Shown here piece by piece: positions 13,171 through 24,489 of a DNA stretch of 64,000 bases (within the stretch, counting starts at the first letter, position 1; every line of letters begins with the position of its first letter). The stretch covers positions 28,898,437 through 28,962,436 of the forward strand of contig NC_092672.1 of the NCBI RefSeq assembly GCF_964355755.1. The letters run 5' to 3'. A program made the translations under genes and the position numbers. The notes below the pieces were generated by a model. The model ran no database searches. It worked only from the letters and a program-made list of their open reading frames with translations, and was not told where the DNA came from. Source of the stretch: Antedon mediterranea (taxonomy: Eukaryota > Animalia > Echinodermata).

Positions 13171-14583
13171 AATAACATCAATATCAGTGGCAATAATCTG
13201 GGTGACATTAATGGTACTTTACTGGGTTCTTTATTGAGTATGATTTCTTATATGAGTACACTTGACATGCATAATTGTAATATAACAGGTGCTATATTAA
13301 ATGAAGTGATCATGGAGTGTTCGAATAAAGCAGTTAAATTAAAATTTAAAAACCTCAATATCAGTGGTAATAATTTTAGTGACATTGATGGTACCTTACT
13401 GGGTTCTTTATTGAGTATGAGTCCGTATTTGGGTACACTTGACATACATGATTGCAGTCTATCAGGTGTTGTAATGAATGATGTGAGCATAGCGTGTTCT
13501 GATAAAGGAGTTAAGTTGAGATTAGATAGCCTCAATATCAGTGGTAATAATCTTAATGATATTGATGGTACTTTACTGGGCACTTTACTGGGTTCATTAT
13601 TAAGTAATATGAGTTGTTTTATCAGTACACTTGACATGCGTGATTGTAATTTATCTGGTGCTGTGATAAATGTTTTGGGAATAAAGTGTTCGTTTAGATT
13701 AAGTAGACTAAAAATCAGTGGTAATAATCTTAATGACATTGATGGCACTTTACTGAGTTCCTTATTGGGTATTACTTTTATAGGTGTACTTGACATGCAT
13801 GAGTGTAATCTCTCGGGTACTGTAATAAATGATGTCAGCATTGAGCACTTTAAGAGAGGAATTATGTTTAATTTATGTAATCTCAATATCAGTGGTAATA
13901 ATCTTAGCGACATTGATGGTACTTTACTGTGTTCTTTATTGAGTATCAGCTTTTGTCTGCGTACACTTGACATACATGATTGCAATATAACAGGTGGTGT
14001 AATTAATGATGTGAGCACAGAGTGTTCTAATAGAGGATTTAAGTTGAGATTAGATGACCTCAATATCAGTGGTAATAATCTCAGTGACATTGATGGTAAT
14101 TTACTGTTTTCTTTATTGAGTGTGATTCCTGAGCTGCGTACACTTGACATCCATGATTGCAATATATCAGGTGTTGTAATAAATGATATGAGCATAGAGT
14201 GTTGTAATAAAGGAGTTAATTTGAGATTAAATAACCTCTATATAAGTGGAAATGAACTTAGTGACATTGATGGTACTTTAATGGTTCCTTTATTGTTTAG
14301 TCCCTATATGTATAGACTGGACATGCATAATTGTAATCTATCAGGTGCTGTGATAAATGATTTGAGCATAGAGTGTTCAAATAAACGGGTTAGGTTGAAA
14401 TTACATCGCCTTAATATCAGTGGTAATGATCTTAGTGGCATTGCTGGTACTTTACTGGGTTCGTTATTGAGTATGTGTCCTTTTCTGCGTGTACTTGACA
14501 TGCATGATTGTAATCTATCAGCTTCTGTAATAAATAATGCGAACATAGTGTGTTCAAATAAAGGAGTGAAGTTGAGTTTTTAG
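13171..14583 (+). CDS. NLR leucine-rich-repeat region (about 8 units of ~58 aa, paired RI-like LRRs), separated from NACHT by a 1-nt frameshift
   Basis: Repeating LNISGNNLSDIDGTLL..TLDMHDCNLSG; the repeat frame begins before the NACHT-frame stop at 13237. Confidence 0.9.
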   Translation, partial: NNINISGNNLGDINGTLLGSLLSMISYMSTLDMHNCNITGAILNEVIMECSNKAVKLKFKNLNISGNNFSDIDGTLLGSLLSMSPYLGTLDIHDCSLSGVVMNDVSIACSDKGVKLRLDSLNISGNNLNDIDGTLLGTLLGSLLSNMSCFISTLDMRDCNLSGAVINVLGIKCSFRLSRLKISGNNLNDIDGTLLSSLLGITFIGVLDMHECNLSGTVINDVSIEHFKRGIMFNLCNLNISGNNLSDIDGTLLCSLLSISFCLRTLDIHDCNITGGVINDVSTECSNRGFKLRLDDLNISGNNLSDIDGNLLFSLLSVIPELRTLDIHDCNISGVVINDMSIECCNKGVNLRLNNLYISGNELSDIDGTLMVPLLFSPYMYRLDMHNCNLSGAVINDLSIECSNKRVRLKLHRLNISGNDLSGIAGTLLGSLLSMCPFLRVLDMHDCNLSASVINNANIVCSNKGVKLSF

Positions 14584-15589
14584 ATTTAATATCAGTGGTA
14601 GTGACATTTATGGTACTTAACTCAGCTGGATCTTATCTCTCAAGTGGTATAATAAAGTATTAAAATCGAGGAAATAAGTTGACATATAACCTGAATATAA
14701 AAAATGTAAACAAATTATATATGCAGGTGAGGGTACACTTGACATGCATTTGGTTTTGTAGATATGTTGATGTATAGATACGTATTATTTAAATATTTCT
14801 GTAGTATTATATGATTAAATAAAATAGATCAAAATAGAAATTGTCGTTTGCTTACTATTGTTTATTTCTTGATTGGCGTAAGAGTAAAATAAATTCGATA
14901 TTCAGTTTCTATCAATACTATATTCATGTTTTCGTATGCCATTAAATATGCCTACTTTAATAACCAAGTAGTACCAGAAAGATATGCTCAGAATTAGTAA
15001 AAGGTTGAAAAAAATTCACCACAATGCATTTCTATAAGTCTATAAAAATCCAGATAGGTGAAAAGGGTTTTTTTTAGACAAAAGGGCCGCCAATGGCAAA
15101 AATGACGAAAAAACATAATAGTAGATCTAATTATCACTTGATAGCAGTTTTTACAATGATTTTTATATTTATTTAGTATTAAACATTCAAACTGCAATAT
15201 ACATAATAATTTAAGTGCATTAATTAGAAAATAGGCGCAAAAACACACATTTAAGTATCAAGATATCACCACGGTTATAATAACAGACAATATAGTCTTA
15301 TGCATTGTAATGCATAGGACTACGGTGTCTAATAAAACAGTTCATTTTTACTGTAACAGCAATATAATTATTATACATTCTTAAAATCTATTAATCCATT
15401 CACTTTCATTGTCAGATTATCATCCTCCATATATAGGTCGGAATTGAGCATGTGCTGATGCCGTGGCATTCTTCACAAACAGTGGTACGTACGAGTTCTA
15501 TTCTGGAACTAGAAAACTCAGATCTTGATATCTGAGTTTTCTAGATCTAGAACAGTAAGATATCTAAGTTTTCAAGATCTAGAAAACTC

Positions 15590-18121
15590 TTTTTTTCTTT
15601 CTCTTTTGTGGCGTGAACCACCACCTTTATTCTTTCATATCATAATTAAATACATTACAAATAAATCAGTAATATCTGTAATATCTGTCATATGTTCTTT
15701 CTTTAATTATATTGTTTTCCGTTAATATTCTACATTTTTCTTTATATTTTTCTGCTCAAAAAAAAAAATATCAGTAATTTTTGTAAATTTTAGTTTTTCA
15801 CATATTGTTTCCAATATTATCCTGTTTTCATGGTTTCTTATATTTATTCACATTGTACACAGACACCCACAAATACATTAAATGTATACATATACATACC
15901 GTATTGTTTCATACCCTGTTAATTCATACGATTTATATACATCTTATAGAGATTATATACAAAGATATAAAATAACGTTAAAAAAAAAAAAAAAAAAAAA
16001 AATACATCAATCAAGATATATATAATTTTCATAAAAGTTTATTAGGTACCGGTAACTCTTTTAACATTATATGAGCGTTAGTTTGTTCAGATCCTTAACA
16101 ATAGACTTAAATACAATCCAAGAGTTTTTACACACTGGTTTGTTTAATTCAGTTAAAATCTTAATGCTATATATTGAGAAGACAGCAATTGAATATAAGT
16201 CATTTTTGTATTCACAATCAGACCCTAAAAGAAGTTCTCTAAAAGAGCTTCTGCCATTGTCAATATTTTTAAAAATGTTATCTATATTATTTGTCCATAA
16301 AGTTTTAATTCGTATGCATTCAAAAAACATGTGTTTTTCGTCTTCAATTACCCCACATAAGTCACATACATTATTCATTTTCACATTCCACTTATGAAGC
16401 CTTTGATTAGTCGGAACAATTTTGTTCAACAGCTTGTAATTTAGTTGTGCATATTTTTTGTTTTTTTCATTTTTCACTTTTTTTATCCAAACGTCACTCC
16501 AATTTATTTTCTGAGTGTTAAAGGCCATATTCCATTTGCCCATTACATGCGGATAAATAAATTTTTCTTTAATAAAGCACGAATATATAAGTTTTGTTTC
16601 TAGCATATAGGCGTCATTAGTTATGATGCACTCATCTTTTATATTTGTAGGCACGTTCTTGTTGTAATTTTTAATTATATTAATCCAATCTTTTGGAATA
16701 GCATCAACTAAGGAAGCATATTCCATGAGCCAGTTTATTTTATTACGTAGTGCAGGGAGTTGTTAACAACTCCCTGCGTAGTGTTTCAAGGATTTCATTA
16801 GATGTTTTCAAACGGTTAAAATTAATTATATCAAATATTTTTTTAAATCCTGAATCAAACCAATTTTTATAAAACAAAGACCTTTTTTGTACACAATATA
16901 TTTGTTTCCCCACAAACTTTGATTAACAACTTCTTCATAAGTATTGATTTCATGGCAGCAGTTTTCGTTAAATTCAGTACAACATTGTATCACTTTTAAA
17001 TAAAAAGGAGGAATGTTTTTCAAAGTAATGCAATTTACCAGGTTAATATTGACATACTAAAGAACAATCTTTCATTTCCAAACTTATTTATATAATATGT
17101 TGGTAATAGCTTCCATCTCACATGCTTTCTACATATTAATTTTCTCGCCTATGCAACCTTGAGCGCTTTGACCTGTAATGCAAAATCCGGCATATTAATA
17201 CCTCCATCTTTTAGCTTGCCAATTAATGTCTTTCTTTTAATTTTTTCCCCTTTTCCATTCCATAGGAAATCGTATGTCAGTTTATTCACCTGTAAAACAA
17301 CATAATTTGGTACATCAATTATAGAGGCGTTATTAGTTTAGATAAACCAAGACTCTTTAAAATTGTAACTTTTCTAAAATATGTAAGGTTTCTACCTTTC
17401 CACGTGTTGAGTAGTCTTTCTAAACTTAACAATTTATTAGCCCAGTTTAGTTCTTGACATTCATCCTTTTTATAACCTACATATATTCCTAAAATTTTAA
17501 TTGGTTTTTTAACCCAATTTAAGTTACATGGTTTTTCGATTTTATTCATATTTCTACCAATCCACATGGCATTTGTTTTTCTTTTGTTAAGGCTCATACC
17601 TGATACTTTACAAAAGTTGGTAACAATATTTAAACCTATCTCAATACTATCCTCATTCCCAGTAAAGATAACTGTGTCGTCCGCTAATTGGGCGATGCGT
17701 ATTTCTTCATTTTGCACCGGGTCAGGAACAGATATGCCTACAAAATTCACATCATTTCTTATATATTACAGGCCATGATTTCTACAGTTAAAATAAACAA
17801 TAACGCTGACAAAGGACAACCCTGTCTTATACCACTATTCATTTGAAAACTTTCAGAAATCCATCCATTATTTACAATTACACATTCGGTATTATTATAA
17901 ATTGTTGATACCCATTTACGAAAAGAATCTCCAAAATTAAACTTCTTTAATACTTTGGACATGAATTCCCTATTCACAGAATCAAAAGCTTTACTAAAGT
18001 CAAGTGATAACATTGCACTATCAATATCTTCATCTTTGGTATAAAATAGAATGTCATTAATTAATCTGATATTTTCACCCGCAAAACGCCCTTTAATATA
18101 TCCTTTTTGATCATTGTCAAT
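15590..18121 (-). mobile_element. 5'-truncated L1/Tx1-clade LINE with 12-bp TSD
   Basis: LDFSKAFDSV, GIRQGCPLSALLF, QLADDT, C-terminal CDLC..EDEKHMFFEC; TSD TCTAGAAAACTC at 15578-15589 and 18122-18133; empty site in the right arm near 44385. Confidence 0.93.
16753..16776. mobile_element. 24-bp palindromic mini-insertion with 7-bp TSD
   Basis: CGTAGTG|CAGGGAGTTGTTAACAACTCCCTG|CGTAGTG inside the Tx1 ORF2. Confidence 0.8.
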
Positions 18122-19859
18122 TCTAGAAAACTCAGATATATCTGACATCTGAGTTTTCCAGATCTGAGTTTTCTAGACACCCTTAAATATGCCAAAATAT
18201 ATTAGTTTGTTATTTGAAGGAATACTTCAATATCTAGATAGGCAAAAGAAACAATAAAAAAAACTTTTATTTTTTTTAACGATTTATTTAAAAAGTGTGT
18301 TTACTAGAAATGCTTAAACATTTTGGCAAATTTAAGCTTGTTTTTGTTTTTCATATACCTGCTATATGTACCTATATCTTTTATTCAATTATCTCTTTGT
18401 TTTTTTAGGTGAAGGAACAGGAATAGTAGGAAGGAGCGGTACGTCATCAGTACTTATTAATTAATTCTAGAATAATACACACTTGGTCATATTTATATAT
18501 GGATGTTGACCCTCACAAAATAAAAAATAACACTCCGCAATCAAATCATTATTATTTTGTAACTTAACGTATATCAATTTGTATTAGCTGCCCGACAAAA
18601 ATGCAACTCTGCGTTCATTAAAATGTTTCTTGTTTCATCATCAGAATGCTATAGGAAAGGAAATGCAGAGGACTATCGAGGTTATGTAAGTGTACCAGTC
18701 AGTGGAAGTGAATGCCAACGATGGACCTCACAGTATCCACACAAACACACAAGGACACCAGCAAATTACCCAACATTTGGATTAGGTAATCACAACTACT
18801 GTCGAAACCCAGATGACGAAAAAACTGCCTGGTGTTACACAACCAATCCGCTAAAAAGGTGGGAATACTGCAATGCTGGTTATCCTTGAGAACAATGTGG
18901 TAAATATGTCATGTTATGTCATTTTATGTGTGTTACCAATGTTTATTCTTATAATTGTGGTAAAGTCAGTCAGTTCACTATTTAACTAATGTATTTGTGT
19001 TCGTATTTATTTATTTATTCATTTTGGAAAGAGAGAGCTTTTAATGATAAGATGTATATGGATGGTTGATGCTCACGAAATATTGTTTTAAAAAAAGCAC
19101 CCTACAATAAAACAAGTATTATTTTTTGACTAATAATTTTATAACAATTTTTTTTTTACTTAGATGGCGACGGGAAAAGAAGAACGGGAGATGGTATGGT
19201 ATTTAGTATGCCTACTTAAATAGGCTTACATGCATTACTGCTACTAATACATTGACATTGTGTTCCATTCATCTTTGATTTTTAAATATATTATTAGACT
19301 GTGTATCATTCTGTGTACAATCAACATAGTCCCAATGCGAATTTTCTTTAAAAATGAATGTGTGACTGTATGATGCGATGACAAAATATTAAAAATGCTT
19401 AGTACTGTAATTAGACATCAATGAAGGCTCTCCTGTCAGACGTTGAGAGTTTTTATTTTGTAGAGTGCAATATTGCATTCAAATACATCAGTTCTAAACT
19501 TTCCCTCAATTCGAAGCTTGATTATCATTTAAAACTTAAAAAATGATGCCTCAATTACTCATCAGAATGTTTTAATCAAGCAAATGCAGTGGACTATCGG
19601 GGCGTCGTAAGTCAGACAGTAAGTGGGAAAACATGTCAACGATGGACCTCGCAGTATCCACAATCACACACAAGAACACCATACAATTACCCAACTTCCG
19701 GATTAGGTGATCACTCATTCTGCCGAAACCCAGATAACTCAAAAACTGCTTGGTGTTATACAACCGATTCCAAAAAAAGGTGGGAATACTGCAACGTTGG
19801 TAAAGCTGGATCATATTGTGGTAAATATTTTATATATGTACTTGCCAGTTTTTTTACTT

Positions 19860-20025
19860 TGACGTTATCAAAATCCCTTCACTTGCACTGATGAAGGGAT
19901 AGTGTTGCCCGAAAGCTCTGATAACTTTCTGGCTTTTTTACTTATCGTTTTGATTTAACTTTTCGCTTTTTTTTGTATCTCCATTGAGATCCAGCCACTG
20001 ATATCCACAGCATTGTCATTTTTCA
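19860..20025 (+). mobile_element. Penelope-like 3' tail with hammerhead-like core
   Basis: CTGATGA (19888-19894), GGG..CCC stem, GAAA (19911-19914). Confidence 0.45.
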
Positions 20026-20094
20026 GTAATTTGCCTTTGGATTTATATATAAATATATATATTTTTTAAATAATATGTCAACTACACTTGAATC

Positions 20095-20294
20095 CATCCT
20101 GAATCCAGAATTCAGAAAAGTTTACCTATGTAATCTGAGGATCTGTTTGCCTCCAAAATGTAATGGACTGGTCCTTGACCACATATCTACCTGTATTTTC
20201 AATTTGGTAAAAATCTTGCAATACATTTGTTAGTAATGCTGCTAACAAACAGACACACGGTATCGACTACATAACCTCCCTAGCGGAGGTAATA
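20095..20294 (-). mobile_element. Short Helentron-like element end
   Basis: ACATAACCTCCCTAGCGGAGGTAATA hairpin terminus preceded by AAACAGAC; copy at ~42205-42410. Confidence 0.5.
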
Positions 20295-21680
20295 ATTCTT
20301 TCCTAATTGAAAGGTTTACTCTTTTCGTCATACAGAATGTTATAAGAAGCGTAATGCATATGACTATCGGGGCTCAGTAAGTGTAACAGTCAGTAGAAAG
20401 AAGTGCCAGCGTTGGTCCTCAGTAACTACATACAGGGCATCCAGTTTAGGTGATCACAACTTCTGTAGGAGCCCACTAAATCTAAAAAGTAGAGCCTGGT
20501 GTTATACAAATGTTCAAAATGCAGCATGGGAATACTGTAATGTTGAAAATCCGGGAGATCATTGTGGTAAATATTAGTAATTTAAATAATCGCTTATTTG
20601 CAAAGATCATCTGAAGAACAGAACATAATCTGTATTTTGATGACTGAGATTCTAAGCATCGAATCAAAACACGGATATTTGGCAAACCATTAGCCTAAGC
20701 AAAGACACTGTTTCTTATTCTAATACATTCACCACTGATTTAGTAATAAATAAAGTAAAAATTATTATTCGTAAACACTATTCTTCAATTATGGTAAATT
20801 CATTAAAAAAAATTCTACTGATACAAAATTAAAATTGCTAACTTATTTTTTTTTTAACCGATATGCGAATGATGTTTATCTAAATGTATACACAATTAAC
20901 TTTGATCATTGTCATTGGTAAATCATCAGAGTCTATATGACTTTCTTTTTTACTCATCGCCAGAGTGCTATACGAATGGACATGCAAAAGACTATCGAGG
21001 CTTTGTAAGTGTCACAAAGAGTGGAAAAAAGTGCCAGCAATGGACCTCGCAGTCTCCACACAAACACACAAGGACACCAGAAAATTACCCAACATTTGGA
21101 TTAGGTAATCACAACTACTGTCGAAGCCCCGATAATGTAAACACTGCATGGTGTTATACAACCGATAGCAGTAAAAGATGGGAATATTGTAACGTGGGTA
21201 ATCCTAAAAACACATGTGGCTAATGTAACACTTTATGATGGTCATACCTAAATCCTCTTTTTGAAAAAATGATTAACTTTACATTATTTGTAGATTAACA
21301 TTAATTGTCATTTCCAATGCCGTAATTAGCCTTTATCAAATCATTTCATTCCTGTAAAACTTTTTATGATATTCGAAGTTAATGTTTACTCGAAAGCTCT
21401 TTTGCTGTTTATCATTGGGAAATATATAATATCCCGATCTATTCTTAATTTTAGACCGTGTTTTTGATTTAAATCCTTTATAAGTTAAATTAAATAAGAT
21501 TATTTATAACTTCTGACCTGAAGGACAAATGTTTGCATTTGGAAATTGAAGCAATTGTGTTACGGTAACTATTTTTCATGCGCACATTTTTATTTTATTA
21601 ACTACGGTATCTGATTAAATAACCAATAATGTTCGTTATGGCTGTGGGAAAACGACCTTACTTGACCTAATTAACTAAAT

Positions 21681-23450
21681 GTGACCTGCTCTGGCAAAGT
21701 GAAACATAAGTCGAAAATTAAAATTTTTCAGATTTGTATTCTATCTGGTAGGAAATGTTATATCCTTTACAATGATACCAAACTTAATATGTAACATGAA
21801 GAGGATCCCGAGATATTGTACGTTAAGTCGAAGCATGTATAAAGAAATATACAAATAACAGTTTTGAGAAAATCATGATTGAATGTCAATGTTATTTTAT
21901 AAAACAACAACACAAATTAATATTTGTTAATCTAATAGTGTATACTTTCTAAGTATCACACATTCACAAAATATGATACAATGAAATGTTTTTTGGTAGG
22001 ATATTGATTACTTTGACAATGCATACAAAAAAATATATCCACTTTTTATGTTAAGTACATACTTGTGTTTCTTTTAAGCACTTGCTTAAAATGGTAAAAA
22101 AGGGGGGTAAATTAATGTTTTTACACTAAAAAAACTGTATTATTCTTTAAGAATTAATTAAATGTATACAATAAATTAAGTTATATAACATTAAATACCA
22201 TTTCTTGAACTACTGGATTTAAGTACGTTCTTAAAAGTTACTTAAATAATTTAAATTTTAGTTTTGTAGTGCCTGCTGATTAGATAACAAATACAACTTA
22301 AATAACATTATGCGATTGCTTTAATCAATTAAATAATGGATATGTTTTAAGCACATACTAATGTATTAAGTTTGTTTTAAGCATTTACTTAAAATTGTGT
22401 AATGTTCATGAAATCATGTTGGTGTAAGTGCATAATAATAGCCTACAATAACATGAATTAATACAATACTTATTATGTAAAAACAATAAATATGGTAGGC
22501 CTATGTGATATGTAGGCAAATAAAAGTGCCACTTAGGCCTAGCCTACCTATCCTAGCTAGGCCTATTTGCCCTGCAACCTACCTAGCTAGCCTACCTAGG
22601 CCTAGGCCCTAGCTAGTCTAGTCTAGACCTGCTAGGCCTACCCTACTAGGCCCTAGTCTAGGGCCTAGGCTAGGACAAGTAGGCCTAGAAGGACCCAGCC
22701 TGGAGTCCAAAAGGCTACTTAGTAGGCCTAGGCTAGTCACTACACTGGCTGTAATAATTTAATATCATAGGTCTTTTGCTACTCTCATTATGTTTTTTAT
22801 TTTTTAGTCATTGTATTTGGCCTAGGCCTAGGCCCTAGACTAGATCCATCGATTATCTTAAATCTGAATTGTTTACACTCTCTTCTCCGCGTAAAAAGTA
22901 AACAGGTCAAAGGTCATTATAAGGATAAGCCAATTACAGTACTGTATTTCTACTACGCGCTAGCCATTACGTGGCGTATCCTTGACAACGGATTTCTGTT
23001 GTGTAAAAATCACGTTAGAGAAGCTTTTTACCTCCTCTAATTCCCGCTGAAGAAGCCAAAAATATTGAAAACCACTTGAAATACCCACTGAATATGGCTT
23101 ATGAATATTTAAATTTTCAGACTCTACCATGTTTCTAAAGGTAGCTATACAAATATTTTCATAAACTGCACAGTTTTCTAACAGTGTTTCATGCACTTTA
23201 TTTCATTTTTTGCAACAAAATGAAATCAAGACAAAAAAGGTACTCAATAAAATCACTTATTTAGCCCTTTTATAAACTTAATTCACACAAAATGAAACTT
23301 GATCTTGATTCTTAAATAGTTGTAGATTCCAAAAAGGGGAAAACCCTATTTTCACCAAGATAGTGATTTTTAACGTACATAGTACTTCTATAGGTCAATA
23401 CACTGAATAAAGATCAGCGAGTTATGTTTCACTATGCCAGAGCAGGTCAC
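21681..23450. mobile_element. Non-autonomous TIR element with 4-bp AAAT TSD (Sola1-like)
   Basis: TIRs GTGACCTGCTCTGGCA..TGCCAGAGCAGGTCAC, AAAT on both sides, empty site in the right arm near 40820. Confidence 0.8.
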
Positions 23451-24489
23451 AAATGTATGTTGATCTTCTTGCATTACTCTAATAAATATCATATTAAATA
23501 ATCTTAAACAGGAGAACATTAGATTAATGGAGAAAAAAATCCGATTAAGATGTTTGTGCAATGTGGTTAAACTTCATTACAAGCTCCGATTTACACTAAT
23601 CCTCCCTCTGTTTTTTTAAATAAAGTGTGTCATACCCAAAGTCATGTGTATAATTTTGTATAATCCCTAACGGTCACTCTTTTATTGTTCCTGGACATTT
23701 GTCTTTCAAGTTGTAATGTTTGCATGTTTTTTTCTTATTTAGGCTTATTTTTCTGCTTTCAAAATTATTAAACTTTTTTAAAACAATTTTCTGGAAGAAG
23801 GTACAATTTGTCGTAAATAAGTAAATTGTCCTTAAGTAAATTGTATGTGAAAAGAAGTAAATAAAAGCTAAATTTAAAATGAAATCTGAAACATTGTTTA
23901 ATATTAGTGGTTTACTACAGATAAACAATAAAGATGAGGACATATATTCAGTACTATAGATACTATACTGGAAATTAGCAGACTTTTATAAATTCAATGA
24001 ACTACAAGGGATTACAACATCGGCAATGCTGTACTCAATACGATGCCTTAACCTTATGATTATTTATATCATTATCTGGATCTACAAAGTATGAAGCCAG
24101 TAACCCTTTCGCTTTCTATTGAAAAAATTGACATAGGCCTACTTATAGCATTTTTTAGAAAAATCAAAAGACATCGATCTAATATTATTGCCAATGAAGA
24201 CAACGGATCATCTATCATAATTTATGTTCTTTGCCATCCTGGTGATTAGTAATAATAACAATCAATATGAGCAAACATAATACCTACTCATCACACCGGA
24301 GATCAGTTTTGAGTTTATAGATAGTTTATACATCTGCAATCCCACCACCACATACTTACATACCTAAACAATGCTCATTGACCTTAACCTGTAGATGTGC
24401 AGGAAACTTTGTTGATGACGTTAGAGTTGCAATTTTATGAAATGTTTTATTTCATTTCATTTATATTGTCTCCATAAAAATACAATATA

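Larger units (their letters stand above)
18409..21223 (+). pseudogene. Multi-kringle gene 3' exons, left copy (18409-18438, 18645-18899, 19164-19193, 19566-19820, 20336-20566, 20964-21223)
   Basis: Four kringles (C..DYRG..CQRW..NYCRNPD..WCYT..WEYC), all phase-1 AG/GT exons; TGA at 18887-18889 where the other copy has GGA. Confidence 0.85.

Noticed and set aside
13248-14546. Long antisense ORFs over the LRR region
   Set aside because: By-product of the repeated sense coding sequence
11406-14583. Naming the NLR as NLRC4 or NLRC5
   Set aside because: Looks like a lineage-specific expansion; orthology cannot be shown from sequence alone
18409-21223. Naming the kringle gene PLG, LPA or HGF
   Set aside because: No protease or PAN domain and no 5' end; orthology unsupported
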